Shown: piece after piece, positions 46,642 through 57,612 of the stretch
Position numbering within the stretch: position 1 is the first letter of the stretch
Layout: each line of letters begins with the position of its first letter
Origin: Guillardia theta CCMP2712
Lineage: Eukaryota; Protista; Cryptophyta
Assembly: GCF_000315625.1 (NCBI RefSeq)
Contig: NW_005434468.1
Location: 1 to 57,795 of the forward strand
Reading direction: 5' to 3'
DNA: 57,795 bases
Position numbers and translations under genes: made by a program
The notes under the pieces: generated by a model
Seen by the model: the letters and a program-made list of their open reading frames with translations, nothing else
Told to the model about the DNA's origin: nothing
Databases searched by the model: none

Positions 46642-49600
46642 TCACTCGCATCGTCTGTTACGAAACTCCACGTATCGCTTGTGCCCGTTGAACTTGAACG
46701 TCCACGACTTGTACTCCTGCAGCACCAGCTGCAGCTCGCACACGTGGCCCGCTACCCCCAGCCTCTTCGTCCTCTCCGTCACCACCCGCACGTTCAAGCA
46801 CACGTCCCGGTACCCTCCCGACTGCCGCGGATCGTAGCTCCCGTCGAACCGGTTCTTCACCCTCATCACCTCCACCCGCTCGTCCTCCGTGATCGCATGC
46901 AGGCAGCGCGTCAGGTCCTCCAGGTCCTCGAACACGATGCACTGACGCACGATGTCCACCAGGCGCGCGACAACGCAGTCGTAGGAGCGCGAGAGCTTCT
47001 CGATGGCGCGATCGACGCTCTTGAGGTTGGCCCACTTGATGCGCTGGAGCAAGTCCGGGTTGAGCTTGGCGTCGACCCACCGCACGAAGTGCATGTCGTC
47101 ATCTGAGGCGAGGATGGGGAAGCTGCCGTTGGACTTGTCTGCAAGCTGCTGCACCAAGAGCTTGAACTCGTCTTCCATCAGCATCGCTTGCATGTACAGC
47201 TGGTCAAGCGTGATCTTGGGCTGCTCTCTCAGCACATCCTTCGGCAGCATCTCACGGCAGCGACAGGCCCACCTTCGCATCGCGCTCTCTCCTCCCTGCT
47301 TCCCCGCCGGTACGACCTCGGCAGCTTCGACGGGCGTGACTCCCTGTAGAGGCACGCCAGCCCGCGGAGACGAGTTGATGGACCCGCAGAGAGAGGCGAG
47401 CGATGCGAGCTGATCCTGCACTCCCTGCCTGCCGCAGATCTCGTGCCAGATCTTCTGGTAGTGCCTCAGGTCCTCTTCGATAAACTTCCACGAGCTCTTG
47501 ATTGCAATCTTCCTACTTACTTGCACAAGAATCCAGATAACGAACAAGAACGTGGGACCTCCTGGTACTTGAAACGGAAGTTTTGAGATGTACAAGTCCT
47601 GTAAGCCCTGCCCGATGAAGCACACTGTGAAGTAGAAAGGCACGTACAACATGAACCATTCTTCGTGATACTGGATGACATGCCCGAATGTCATCGACGA
47701 GGCCCCCAAGACCCACCAGTACACCGAGTAGCTCGATGATGTGCTGCTCGTCACATAGCCGACGGCTGTGATCAGCTCCATGATGCCGGGTACCCATAAG
47801 CACGCTGCGATCATGCCAAGCGCCGTCCGGTGCTGCCCCATGCTCGCCGTGATGGCGCTACCGAACGCCAGCACGAACACGGGGAAGTAGAGCAAGACGG
47901 TCCCGATGGATTGATACCAGGGGCTCCTCAGGTCGACACCGTAGTGCTTGCCCATGCTGTGCTCGGCATAAACAAACTTCTCTCGATCCGTGGGGATGCA
48001 GACAGGGACGACAGTCGACCAGGAGCACGAGGAGGCACCGATGACCCTCCAGGAGACCTCAGTCAGGTTGTCTCGATGAGCCACATCCTCTGACGCCAGC
48101 ACTTGAAACCGCACAGGTTGCTCTCCAGCCACCGGGACAGGCGCAAAGAACCACCCGTTAGCTCGCAGCTCGCTAGAGAAAGTGACGATGAAGTCCTCAT
48201 TCACAGCAAAGGACGAGCTCGTCAAGTCGTGGATTTCACAGCCGTTCCACATGAGACCCAGCAACGAGATCCCAGGGGCCACGACCGCCTGCGCATCCGC
48301 GGTCGACGCGATCTCAAGCGTTCGAAACCTCAGACTCCTCACAGCAATCGCGCTTTCATGGACGATGGACTTGCTAAACTCTGATGACAGGCTGAAGCAA
48401 GCCACACACGCGTACACCCCGACTAGGACAAGCAGTAGCTTGGACCATGGCTTGTACAAGGCATGGGTCACTGGTGTGCTGGTGAAGAGCACACTTGCTT
48501 GGCCTGCGTTCTTGACAGCAAACCAGACCTCTCGCAGTCTCGCTTCCAGAAAGTCTCCTGGAAAGCTGCACCTTTGCCGCAGGATGGCGTCGGTTCGGTC
48601 CAGCTCGTCGCAATCGACGGATTTGACCTCCATCTCCACGGTTTCCTCGCTGTTCGATACACGCGAGAACGCGAACAAGGACTTCAGGTACTGGAAGAAG
48701 TTACAATCGATCGAAAACAACACGACCAATCTGTTCAGCTTGCCTATCTTCCGAAGCCGTTGGATCATGAAAATATGCCTGAAGAATTCAACAAGTCTGC
48801 GATGTCTTCGGGTCTTCTTGTACCGAAGATAGCGGGAGTGCTCTGCCTCCTCCTTGATAGCGTATATCCCTCTCATCGCAAGCACAAGCTCGCACACGTG
48901 CCCCGCTACCCCCAGCCTCTTCGTCCTCTCCGTCACCACCCGCACGTTCAAGCACACGTCCCGGTACCCTCCCGACTGCCGCGGGTCGTAGCTCCCGTCG
49001 AACCGGTTCTTCACCCTCATCACCTCCACCCGCTCGTCCTCCGTGATCGCATGCAGGCAGCGCGTCAGGTCCTCCAGGTCCTCGAACACGATGCACTGAC
49101 GCACGATGTCCACCAGACGACACACGTGGAAGTCATAGGTGCTGGCAAGTTTCTCGATGGCGCGATCGACGCTCTTGAGGTTGGCCCACTTGATGCGCTG
49201 GAGCAAGTCCGGGTTGTGCTTGGCGTCGACCCACCGGACGAAGTCGACGCTGTTCTGGGTGATGATGGGGAAGCTGCCGTTGGATTGCTCGGCGTAGTCT
49301 TGGACGATGTCCAGGAAGAGAGGCTTCAAGGCATTGGCCTGTGCGTAGAGTTGATCTAAAGAGTCCACCAGGGTCGACACCTTCATGCACTTGTTGATGT
49401 ACATCGAGAGCATCCGACTGTGAAGCTCGACGAGGAATGGTTCTCTCTTACTCTCCAGGTTGTCAAAGCCTCCTTGGACGATGATCTCGAACTTGTTCTG
49501 TGTGTTGTATAGATGGCTGAAGCTGTGTAAAGACTCCGACCAACTGTACTGCAGAGGAACGGGGACCTGACAGCTGTCGATCTGGAACTTCTTCTTCGTC

Positions 49601-51132
49601 GCTGCCACCTGCGCTTTCAAGCACTCAACATCCTCTGCAAAGCTTGGAAGCTCGGTCAGCTCCTTCCACGCTTGCTCAAACTGCTCGACGTCTTGGCGTA
49701 TTACCTGTCTGCCCTGGAACGAGTGCCACTCGCGGTTTCCGATCAGAAGCACGAAGACGACAATGAAAAAGATCGCCGCAGAGTTGATGGTCTGATCAAT
49801 GATCCATGTGACCAAGATCTGGTAGATCCCAGCCATCAGTCCTTTCTCGAGAGCGAAATGCTCACTCAGAAGTAGAGGAGCCGGAAACAACAACAAATCC
49901 TGAACACCAACGTTAGAAGACATAGGCTCAGCAACGAGGTCTCGATTACCCCGAAAGTCTGGTACAGGACCAGGCCTTGCCGGTCGTTGTGCCAGTTCAT
50001 CGTAGAGCCTCCGTACCCTCCAAGGCGAACCAGTGACGTCAGCACTATCCCCCAAGCTATCACCTGCTTCATGAGTCAGCGAAAGCCCTCTAAGACATCT
50101 ACAGATCGAAAGTGCTCGCTTCACCTTGGTCGAGCCTCTCGGGCAGCGATGGTGCAGAAGAATCAAGCCTAGCAAGATACTCGCAAACATGACGACCCTC
50201 GCAATCAGCGACGAGTAGTCTGGCCATACACACCACATGTCGTGGAAGTTGAAGTCTACAACCTCCAGTCGCCTCATCGGCGTGTTGTAGATGGGAGCAT
50301 TTCTGCTTTTGAGGTAGTTCATTGTCGACATGTCGTTTGATCTGACGCTCCCACAGACTCGAGAGTAGGCAATGTAGACCCAGTCCTTCCTGTCGTCCGA
50401 GCCCTCGATGAAGAAAGATACCACGTCAAGCTCCGTCGATAGATTGCTGGTGATGATGTAGAAGCCGTTGGATTGCACAGAGTCTTGAAAGCTCAGCTCG
50501 TACGTCGACCCATTCACGGCATGCGATACCCCTGGCAGTTGCTCTATCACAGCCGTGTTGCTCATGACGTCCTTGATGACATGCGGCATCCTGCAGTTCT
50601 CCACCATCAAGCCCATCCCCGCTATTCCCGGCGACTTGACGTTGGGCCATTTCGTTCCGTCCCGCAGCATCATCGCAGTGAACCTGAAGTACCGATAAGA
50701 CTTGTAGTCCGCCACCTGCACCGATTTCCATAGAAAGATCTCATCCTGGTACCCGAAGATGAGCACGATGATTCCCAGGATCAGAAGGCTGAGCCTGTTG
50801 ATACGCAGAAGCAAGAGCATGGAGATCGGGCGCACTGAGAGAAACACCTTCCATAGATCCCGAGCATGCAGGGAGTGCTGATATCGATCAGCGAGGTCCT
50901 GCAAGGCGTTTCCGGGTCTGGACGCGCTTGCTATCACGTATTCCTCTGCCAGGCGCGATTGTTCCTCAGAGTGAGAGTCATGGAAGATTTTCTCGGGGGG
51001 GCTGCATGCCTCCTTGCCCTCAGGCATCTTGGTAGCTCCCGGCTCGTCTTCTAGGGGAGGAAGCTTATTGCTGCGAGCAGGCGAAAGGAGAGTGTCATCT
51101 GGGAAGGCGAGTGAGGTTTCGATAGTATCCAT
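46642..51132 (-). CDS. Multi-pass membrane protein with two RelA/SpoT-like nucleotidyltransferase domains (copy A)
   Basis: Twice: LKSVDRAIEKL...RLVDIVR...RVKNRF...GGYRDV.LN...HVCEL[V/Q]L. Hydrophobic helices and putative extracellular beta-rich domains. Likely ATG at 51132. Confidence 0.75.
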   Translation of the reverse strand: MDTIETSLAFPDDTLLSPARSNKLPPLEDEPGATKMPEGKEACSPPEKIFHDSHSEEQSRLAEEYVIASASRPGNALQDLADRYQHSLHARDLWKVFLSVRPISMLLLLRINRLSLLILGIIVLIFGYQDEIFLWKSVQVADYKSYRYFRFTAMMLRDGTKWPNVKSPGIAGMGLMVENCRMPHVIKDVMSNTAVIEQLPGVSHAVNGSTYELSFQDSVQSNGFYIITSNLSTELDVVSFFIEGSDDRKDWVYIAYSRVCGSVRSNDMSTMNYLKSRNAPIYNTPMRRLEVVDFNFHDMWCVWPDYSSLIARVVMFASILLGLILLHHRCPRGSTKVKRALSICRCLRGLSLTHEAGDSLGDSADVTGSPWRVRRLYDELAQRPARPGPVPDFRGNRDLVAEPMSSNVGVQDLLLFPAPLLLSEHFALEKGLMAGIYQILVTWIIDQTINSAAIFFIVVFVLLIGNREWHSFQGRQVIRQDVEQFEQAWKELTELPSFAEDVECLKAQVAATKKKFQIDSCQVPVPLQYSWSESLHSFSHLYNTQNKFEIIVQGGFDNLESKREPFLVELHSRMLSMYINKCMKVSTLVDSLDQLYAQANALKPLFLDIVQDYAEQSNGSFPIITQNSVDFVRWVDAKHNPDLLQRIKWANLKSVDRAIEKLASTYDFHVCRLVDIVRQCIVFEDLEDLTRCLHAITEDERVEVMRVKNRFDGSYDPRQSGGYRDVCLNVRVVTERTKRLGVAGHVCELVLAMRGIYAIKEEAEHSRYLRYKKTRRHRRLVEFFRHIFMIQRLRKIGKLNRLVVLFSIDCNFFQYLKSLFAFSRVSNSEETVEMEVKSVDCDELDRTDAILRQRCSFPGDFLEARLREVWFAVKNAGQASVLFTSTPVTHALYKPWSKLLLVLVGVYACVACFSLSSEFSKSIVHESAIAVRSLRFRTLEIASTADAQAVVAPGISLLGLMWNGCEIHDLTSSSFAVNEDFIVTFSSELRANGWFFAPVPVAGEQPVRFQVLASEDVAHRDNLTEVSWRVIGASSCSWSTVVPVCIPTDREKFVYAEHSMGKHYGVDLRSPWYQSIGTVLLYFPVFVLAFGSAITASMGQHRTALGMIAACLWVPGIMELITAVGYVTSSTSSSYSVYWWVLGASSMTFGHVIQYHEEWFMLYVPFYFTVCFIGQGLQDLYISKLPFQVPGGPTFLFVIWILVQVSRKIAIKSSWKFIEEDLRHYQKIWHEICGRQGVQDQLASLASLCGSINSSPRAGVPLQGVTPVEAAEVVPAGKQGGESAMRRWACRCREMLPKDVLREQPKITLDQLYMQAMLMEDEFKLLVQQLADKSNGSFPILASDDDMHFVRWVDAKLNPDLLQRIKWANLKSVDRAIEKLSRSYDCVVARLVDIVRQCIVFEDLEDLTRCLHAITEDERVEVMRVKNRFDGSYDPRQSGGYRDVCLNVRVVTERTKRLGVAGHVCELQLVLQEYKSWTFKFNGHKRYVEFRNRRCE

Positions 51133-52569
51133 CTTGTCACAGTAAAATCCATTTCTCAAGTAGAAATCCGCTCCATATCCTTCATGCTAAACATTTTGAT
51201 CTCCACTTCTGAAGGATTTACTTAGTTCTCTCTCCTTTCATTCTCTCTCCTTTGTTCTCTCCCTTCGTTCCCACTTATGTTCTCTTCCCTCCTTTGAACC
51301 TTCTATTTCTGTACTCGAGCTCTTTCCTCACTATGTCTCTTGGTTTGTCTGTGCTCCTCCTCTTTCTAGCATCATCTCCACTGCTCGTTCTTCGTTCTCC
51401 TGCCTTCTCCTTCCCTCCACCTCCTTCGCTGCTCTGACTTCTTCCATCCCGCTCCCCAAACATGCGCAAACCATGGAATCATTACTGCGAGCTCGCTAAA
51501 CCTACGGAATCTCTCTACTACCAACAGTTCTGCCTGATACATTTTAAAAAGAAAATCACTGTATTGTCTCCTAGTTAAACGCGGAGGACACCAAATATCA
51601 CATAGGAATGAGAAGCCTATCAGGATTGCTGCCTTGGAAAGTCTCTAGGAGTTTTTGTTTTGAGAGTTCTGAGGCCCTTTCAGTTTCCCGAGAATCTTCT
51701 GTAAATATTTGAAATTTGACTACAAACATTTCGATAAATTATTTGAATAATTCTGAACCGTAAAGGGACAGTAATGTGACGTGACTGATCTTTTAAATGG
51801 CCTCTAGTACCCCATCCAATCCCATCCCACCCACCCCACCCAATCAAGGTCTAATAGTACCAAGGGCGTAGCGACCAAGTACCCCACCCCACCCCCTAGA
51901 GGTCTCATATGTACTATCGGACCTCCCCATTAAGACTGACCCCCAATTGGAGGGGACGTGAACGCTGCGGAAATTGACTGCCGAAAAGGTGAAAAAAACT
52001 TCAGTTTGTGTAATACAATATTTCAAATTTGATAAGATAATTCTAACCAAAAACTAACTACCTACAAATTTGCCACCTACTTCTTTGAAAAAAAACTCCT
52101 AGAAACTTTTGAAAGGCAGCAATTAAAGAGAGCTATTTTTGCTATATCAAATTTAGTGTCCTCCGGATCTCACTAGGAGACAGTTTGAAGAAGCTTCTTT
52201 TTTTTGGTCAGGTCTAGAGGAGTGGAGAACTGTTGGTAGTAGAGAGATACCGCAAGGATGGGGGTCAAAAGCGTTTGGGGATGCGCGCACAAGGAGAGGC
52301 TGAGGAAGAGGAATGAAGGAGGAACGAGGAAAGAAGGAGGAAGCGAAAGCGAGAGGAGAAGGGAGAAGAAAGCAAGACAATCAAGGAGAGAAGAAGAGAA
52401 AGAAAAGTTAGGGAGTGTGTGAGCAAACAAATCTTCACACTTGCCAATACCAAGCCTGTACACATTCCAAATTTTCCCTCGCCTTTGAGTGACAAATCCG
52501 TCGATTTCGTTTGACATCTCAGTTGTGAAGATGAAAACCCAAAATTCTTAAGACTGCCCTGGCAGTAAG

Positions 52570-55500
52570 ATGATAACTATCGAAACCTCACTCGCCTTCC
52601 CAGATGACACTCTTCTTTCGCCTGCTCGCAGCAATAAGCTTCCTCCCCTAGGAGACGAGCCGGGAGCTACCAAGATGCCTGAGGGCAAGGAGGCATGCAG
52701 CCCCCCCGAGAAAATCTTCCATGACTCTCACTCTGAGGAACAATCGCGCCTGGCAGAGGAATACGTAATAGCAAGCGCGTCCAGACCCGGAAACGCCTTG
52801 CAAGACCTCGCTGATCGATATCAGCACTCCCTGCATGCTCGGGATCTATGGAAGGTGTTTCTCTCAGTGCGCCCGATCTCCATGCTCTTGCTTCTGCGTA
52901 TCAGCAGGCTCAGCCTTCTGATCCTGGGAATCATCGTGCTCATCTTCGGGTACCAGGATGAGATCTTTCTGTGGAAATCGGTGCAGGTGGCGGACTACAA
53001 GTCTTATCGGTACTTCAGGTTCACTGCGATGATGCTGCGGGACGGAACGAAATGGCCCAACGTCAAGTCGCCGGGAATAGCGGGGATGGGCTTGATCGTG
53101 GAGAACTGCAGGATGCCGCATGTCATGAAGGACGTGGCTGTGATAGAGCAACTGCCAGGGGTATCGCATGCCGTGAATGGGTCGACGTACGAGCTGAGCT
53201 TTCAAGACTCTGTGCAATCCAACGGCTTCTACATCATCACCAGCAATCTATCGACGGAGCTTGACGTGGTATCTTTCTTCATCGAGGGCTCGGACGACAG
53301 GAAGGACTGGGTCTACATTGCCTACTCTCGAGTCTGTGGGAGCGTCAGATCAAACGACATGTCGACAAAGAACTACCTCAAAAGCAGAAATGCTCCCATC
53401 TACAACACGCCGATGAGGCGACTGGAGGTTGTAGACTTCAACTTCCACGACATGTGGTGTGTATGGCCAGACTACTCGTCGCTGATTGCGAGGGTCGTCA
53501 TGTTTGCGAGTATCTTGCTAGGCTTGATTCTTCTGCACCATCGCTGCCCGAGAGGCTCGACCAAGGTGAAGCGAGCACTTTCGATCTGTAGATGTCTTAG
53601 AGGGCTTTCGCTGACTCATGAAGCAGGTGATAGCTTGGGGGATAGTGCTGACGTCACTGGTTCGCCTTGGAGGGTACGGAGGCTCTACGATGAACTGGCA
53701 CAACGACCGGCAAGGCCTGGTCCTGTACCAGACCTTCGGGGTAATCGAGACCTCGTTGCTGAGCCTATGTCTTCTAACGTTGGTGTTCAGGATTTGTTGT
53801 TGTTTCCGGCTCCTCTACTTCTGAGTGAGCATTTCGCTCTCGAGAAAGGACTGATGGCTGGGATCTACCAGATCTTGGTCACATGGATCATTGATCAGAC
53901 CATCAACTCTGCGGCGATCTTTTTCATTGTCGTCTTCGTGCTTCTGATCGGAAACCGCGAGTGGCACTCGTTCCAGGGCAGACAGGTAATACGCCAAGAC
54001 GTCGAGCAGTTTGAGCAAGCGTGGAAGGAGCTGACCGAGCTTCCAAGCTTTGCAGAGGATGTTGAGTGCTTGAAAGCGCAGGTGGCAGCGACGAAGAAGA
54101 AGTTCCAGATCGACAGCTGTCAGGTCCCCGTTCCTCTGCAGTACAGTTGGTCGGAGTCTTTACACAGCTTCAGCCATCTATACAACACACAGAACAAGTT
54201 CGAGATCATCGTCCAAGGAGGCTTTGACAACCTGGAGAGTAAGAGAGAACCATTCCTCGTCGAGCTTCACAGTCGGATGCTCTCGATGTACATCAACAAG
54301 TGCATGAAGGTGTCGACCCTGGTGGACTCTTTAGATCAACTCTACGCACAGGCCAATGCCTTGAAGCCTCTCTTCCTGGACATCGTCCAAGACTACGCCG
54401 AGCAATCCAACGGCAGCTTCCCCATCATCACCCAGAACAGCGTCGACTTCGTCCGGTGGGTCGACGCCAAGCACAACCCGGACTTGCTCCAGCGCATCAA
54501 GTGGGCCAACCTCAAGAGCGTCGATCGCGCCATCGAGAAGCTCTCGCGCTCCTATGACTTCCACGTGTGTCGTCTGGTGGACATCGTGCGTCAGTGCATC
54601 GTGTTCGAGGACCTGGAGGACCTGACGCGCTGCCTGCATGCGATCACGGAGGACGAGCGGGTGGAGGTGATGAGGGTGAAGAACCGGTTCGACGGGAGCT
54701 ACGACCCGCGGCAGTCGGGAGGGTACCGGGACGTGTGCTTGAACGTGCGGGTGGTGACGGAGAGGACGAAGAGGCTGGGGGTAGCGGGGCACGTGTGCGA
54801 GCTTGTGCTTGCGATGAGAGGGATATACGCTATCAAGGAGGAGGCAGAGCACTCCCGCTATCTTCGGTACAAGAAGACCCGAAGACATCTCAGACTGAGA
54901 TACTTTTTCACATTCCTCCTTCTTGCTTTCAGGCTTCGGAAGATAGGCAAGCTGAACAGATTGGTCGTGTTGTTTTCGATCGATTGTAACTTCTTCCAGT
55001 ACCTGAAGTCCTTGTTCGCGTTCTCGCGAGTATCGAACAGCGAGGAAACCGTGGAGATGGAGGTCAAATCCGTCGATTGCGACGAGCTGGACCGAACCGA
55101 CGCCATCCTGCGGCAAAGGTGCAGCTTTCCAGGAGACTTTCTGGAAGCGAGACTGCGAGAGGTCTGGTTTGCTGTCAAGAACGCAGGCCAGGCAACTGTG
55201 CTTTTCACCAGCACACCAGTGACCCATGCCTTGTACAAGCCATGGTCCAAGCTACTGCTTGTCCTAGTCGGGGTGTACGCGTGTGTGGCTTGCTTCAGCC
55301 TGTCGCCAGAGTTTAGCAAGTCCATCGTCCATGAAAGCGCGATTGCTCTGAGGAGTCTGAGGTTTCGAACGCTTGAGATCGCGTCGACCGCGGATGCGCA
55401 GGCGGTCGTGGCCCCTGGGATCTCGTTGCTGGGTCTCATGTGGAACGGCTGTGAAATCCACGACTTGACGAGCTCGTCCTTTGCTGTGAATGAGGACTTC

Positions 55501-57048
55501 ATCGTCACTTTCTCTAGCGAGCTGCGAGCTAACGGGTGGTTCTTTGCGCCTGTCCCGGTGGCTGGAGAGCAACCTGTGCGGTTTCAAGTGCTGGCGTCAG
55601 AGGATGTGGCTCATCGAGACAACCTGACTGAGGTCTCCTGGAGGGTCATCGGTGCCTCCTCGTGCTCCTGGTCGACTGTCGTCCCTGTCTGCATCCCCAC
55701 GGATCGAGAGAAGTTTGTTTATGCCGAGCACAGCATGGGCGAGCACTACGGTGTCGACCTGAGGAGCCCCTGGTATCAATCCATCGGGACCGTCTTGCTC
55801 TACTTCCCCGTGTTCGTGCTGGCGTTCGGTAGCGCCATCACGGCGAGCATGGGGCAGCACCGCACCCCGCTTGGCATGATCGCAGCGTGCTTGTGGGTAC
55901 CCGGCATCATGGAGCTGATCACAGCCGTCGGCTATGTGACGAGCAGCACATCATCGAGCTACTCGGTGTACTGGTGGGTCTTGGGGGCCTCGTCGATGAC
56001 ATTCGGGCATGTCATCCAGTATCACGAAGAATGGTTCATGTTGTACGTGCCCGTTCACTTTGCTGTGTGCTTCATCGGGCAGGGCTTACAGGACTTGTAC
56101 ATCTCAAAACTTCCGTTGCAAGTACCCGAAGGTCCCACGTTCTTGTTCGTTATCTGGATTCTCATGCATGTTGCCAAGAAGATTGCAATCAAGAGCTCGT
56201 GGAAGTTTATCGAAGAGGACCTGAGGCACTACCAGAAGATCTGGCACGAGATCTGCGGCAGGCAGGGAGTGCAGGATCAGCTCGCATCGCTCGCCTCTCT
56301 CTGCGGGTCCATCAACTCGTCTCCGCGGGCTGGCGTGCCTCTACAGGGAGTCACGCCCGTCGAAGCTGCCGAGGTCGTACCGGCGGGGAAGCAGGGAGGA
56401 GAGAGCGCGATGCGAAGGTGGGCCTGTCGCTGCCGTGAGATGCTGCCGAAGGATGTGCTGAGAGAGCAGCCCAAGATCACGCTTGACCAGCTGTACATGC
56501 AAGCGATGCTGATGGAAGACGAGTTCAAGCTCTTGGTGCAGCAGCTTGCAGACAAGTCCAACGGCAGCTTCCCCATCCTCGCCTCAGATGACGACATGCA
56601 CTTCGTGCGGTGGGTCGACGCCAAGCACAACCCGGACTTGCTCCAGCGCATCAAGTGGGCCAACCTCAAGAGCATCGATCGCGCCATCGAGAAGCTCTCG
56701 CGCTCCTACGACTGCGTTGTCGCGCGCCTGGTGGACATCGTGCGTCAGTGCATCGTGTTCGAGGACCTGGAGGACCTGACGCGCTGCCTGCATGCGATCA
56801 CGGAGGACGAGCGGGTGGAGGTGATGAGGGTGAAGAACCGGTTCGACGGGAGCTACGACCCGCGGCAGTCGGGAGGGTACCGGGACGTGTGCTTGAACGT
56901 GCGGGTGGTGACGGAGAGGACGAAGAGGCTGGGGGTAGCGGGCCACGTGTGCGAGCTGCAGCTGGTGCTGCAGGAGTACAAGTCGTGGACGTTCAAGTTC
57001 AACGGGCACAAGCGATACGTGGAGTTTCGTAACAGACGATGCGAGTGA
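52570..57048 (+). CDS. Multi-pass membrane protein with two RelA/SpoT-like nucleotidyltransferase domains (copy B)
   Basis: Inverted near-identical paralogue of copy A. Probable introns 53566-53626 and 53741-53790. Confidence 0.75.
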   Translation: MITIETSLAFPDDTLLSPARSNKLPPLGDEPGATKMPEGKEACSPPEKIFHDSHSEEQSRLAEEYVIASASRPGNALQDLADRYQHSLHARDLWKVFLSVRPISMLLLLRISRLSLLILGIIVLIFGYQDEIFLWKSVQVADYKSYRYFRFTAMMLRDGTKWPNVKSPGIAGMGLIVENCRMPHVMKDVAVIEQLPGVSHAVNGSTYELSFQDSVQSNGFYIITSNLSTELDVVSFFIEGSDDRKDWVYIAYSRVCGSVRSNDMSTKNYLKSRNAPIYNTPMRRLEVVDFNFHDMWCVWPDYSSLIARVVMFASILLGLILLHHRCPRGSTKVKRALSICRCLRGLSLTHEAGDSLGDSADVTGSPWRVRRLYDELAQRPARPGPVPDLRGNRDLVAEPMSSNVGVQDLLLFPAPLLLSEHFALEKGLMAGIYQILVTWIIDQTINSAAIFFIVVFVLLIGNREWHSFQGRQVIRQDVEQFEQAWKELTELPSFAEDVECLKAQVAATKKKFQIDSCQVPVPLQYSWSESLHSFSHLYNTQNKFEIIVQGGFDNLESKREPFLVELHSRMLSMYINKCMKVSTLVDSLDQLYAQANALKPLFLDIVQDYAEQSNGSFPIITQNSVDFVRWVDAKHNPDLLQRIKWANLKSVDRAIEKLSRSYDFHVCRLVDIVRQCIVFEDLEDLTRCLHAITEDERVEVMRVKNRFDGSYDPRQSGGYRDVCLNVRVVTERTKRLGVAGHVCELVLAMRGIYAIKEEAEHSRYLRYKKTRRHLRLRYFFTFLLLAFRLRKIGKLNRLVVLFSIDCNFFQYLKSLFAFSRVSNSEETVEMEVKSVDCDELDRTDAILRQRCSFPGDFLEARLREVWFAVKNAGQATVLFTSTPVTHALYKPWSKLLLVLVGVYACVACFSLSPEFSKSIVHESAIALRSLRFRTLEIASTADAQAVVAPGISLLGLMWNGCEIHDLTSSSFAVNEDFIVTFSSELRANGWFFAPVPVAGEQPVRFQVLASEDVAHRDNLTEVSWRVIGASSCSWSTVVPVCIPTDREKFVYAEHSMGEHYGVDLRSPWYQSIGTVLLYFPVFVLAFGSAITASMGQHRTPLGMIAACLWVPGIMELITAVGYVTSSTSSSYSVYWWVLGASSMTFGHVIQYHEEWFMLYVPVHFAVCFIGQGLQDLYISKLPLQVPEGPTFLFVIWILMHVAKKIAIKSSWKFIEEDLRHYQKIWHEICGRQGVQDQLASLASLCGSINSSPRAGVPLQGVTPVEAAEVVPAGKQGGESAMRRWACRCREMLPKDVLREQPKITLDQLYMQAMLMEDEFKLLVQQLADKSNGSFPILASDDDMHFVRWVDAKHNPDLLQRIKWANLKSIDRAIEKLSRSYDCVVARLVDIVRQCIVFEDLEDLTRCLHAITEDERVEVMRVKNRFDGSYDPRQSGGYRDVCLNVRVVTERTKRLGVAGHVCELQLVLQEYKSWTFKFNGHKRYVEFRNRRCE

Positions 57049-57364
57049 GGGGCTGCGACTAGGAGAGGAAGAGGAGGGGAAGGAGTGAGAAGCAGGAGCA
57101 GGAATGAAGACAGGGGAGGAGGAGGAGGAAGCTCAGTGAGGCTCGACGTCTGCTCGTGTAAAGTAAATGAAAGAATATTCTATGCCGCATCCCCTCCCTG
57201 ACGTCTTGCTGGTCATCTTGAGAAGCCTGGCCGCGTCCAAACCTGCTGCTCGATCTCCGTCCACTCCTGTCACTTGTTGAGCATGTCGAGACAAGTCAAC
57301 GCATGTCACGACAACATTACGTAGATGTGTTGAATGTCACTTAAGCATATCATACATGGGATTG

Positions 57365-57547
57365 CGCATCATAATCCTCGTCATCATCATCTCCATCATC
57401 ATCATCTCCATCATCATCATCTCCATCATCATCATCATGGTCATCTCCATTGTCATCGTCGTCGTCATCATCATCGTCATCTTCCTCCTCTTCCTCCTCC
57501 TCCTCCTCCTCTTCGTCATCATCATCTCCATCATCATCGTCGTCGTC

Positions 57548-57612
<65 letters not shown>
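57365..57612. repeat. (CAT)n/(CCT)n compound microsatellite
   Basis: Direct inspection. Confidence 0.95.

Larger units (their letters stand above)
46513..57174. repeat. ~10.7-kb palindrome: arms 46513-51126 and 52576-57174, with a partly palindromic spacer
   Basis: The arms are reverse complements, including ~125 bp of 3' UTR. Degenerate inverted matches continue within the spacer. Confidence 0.92.
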
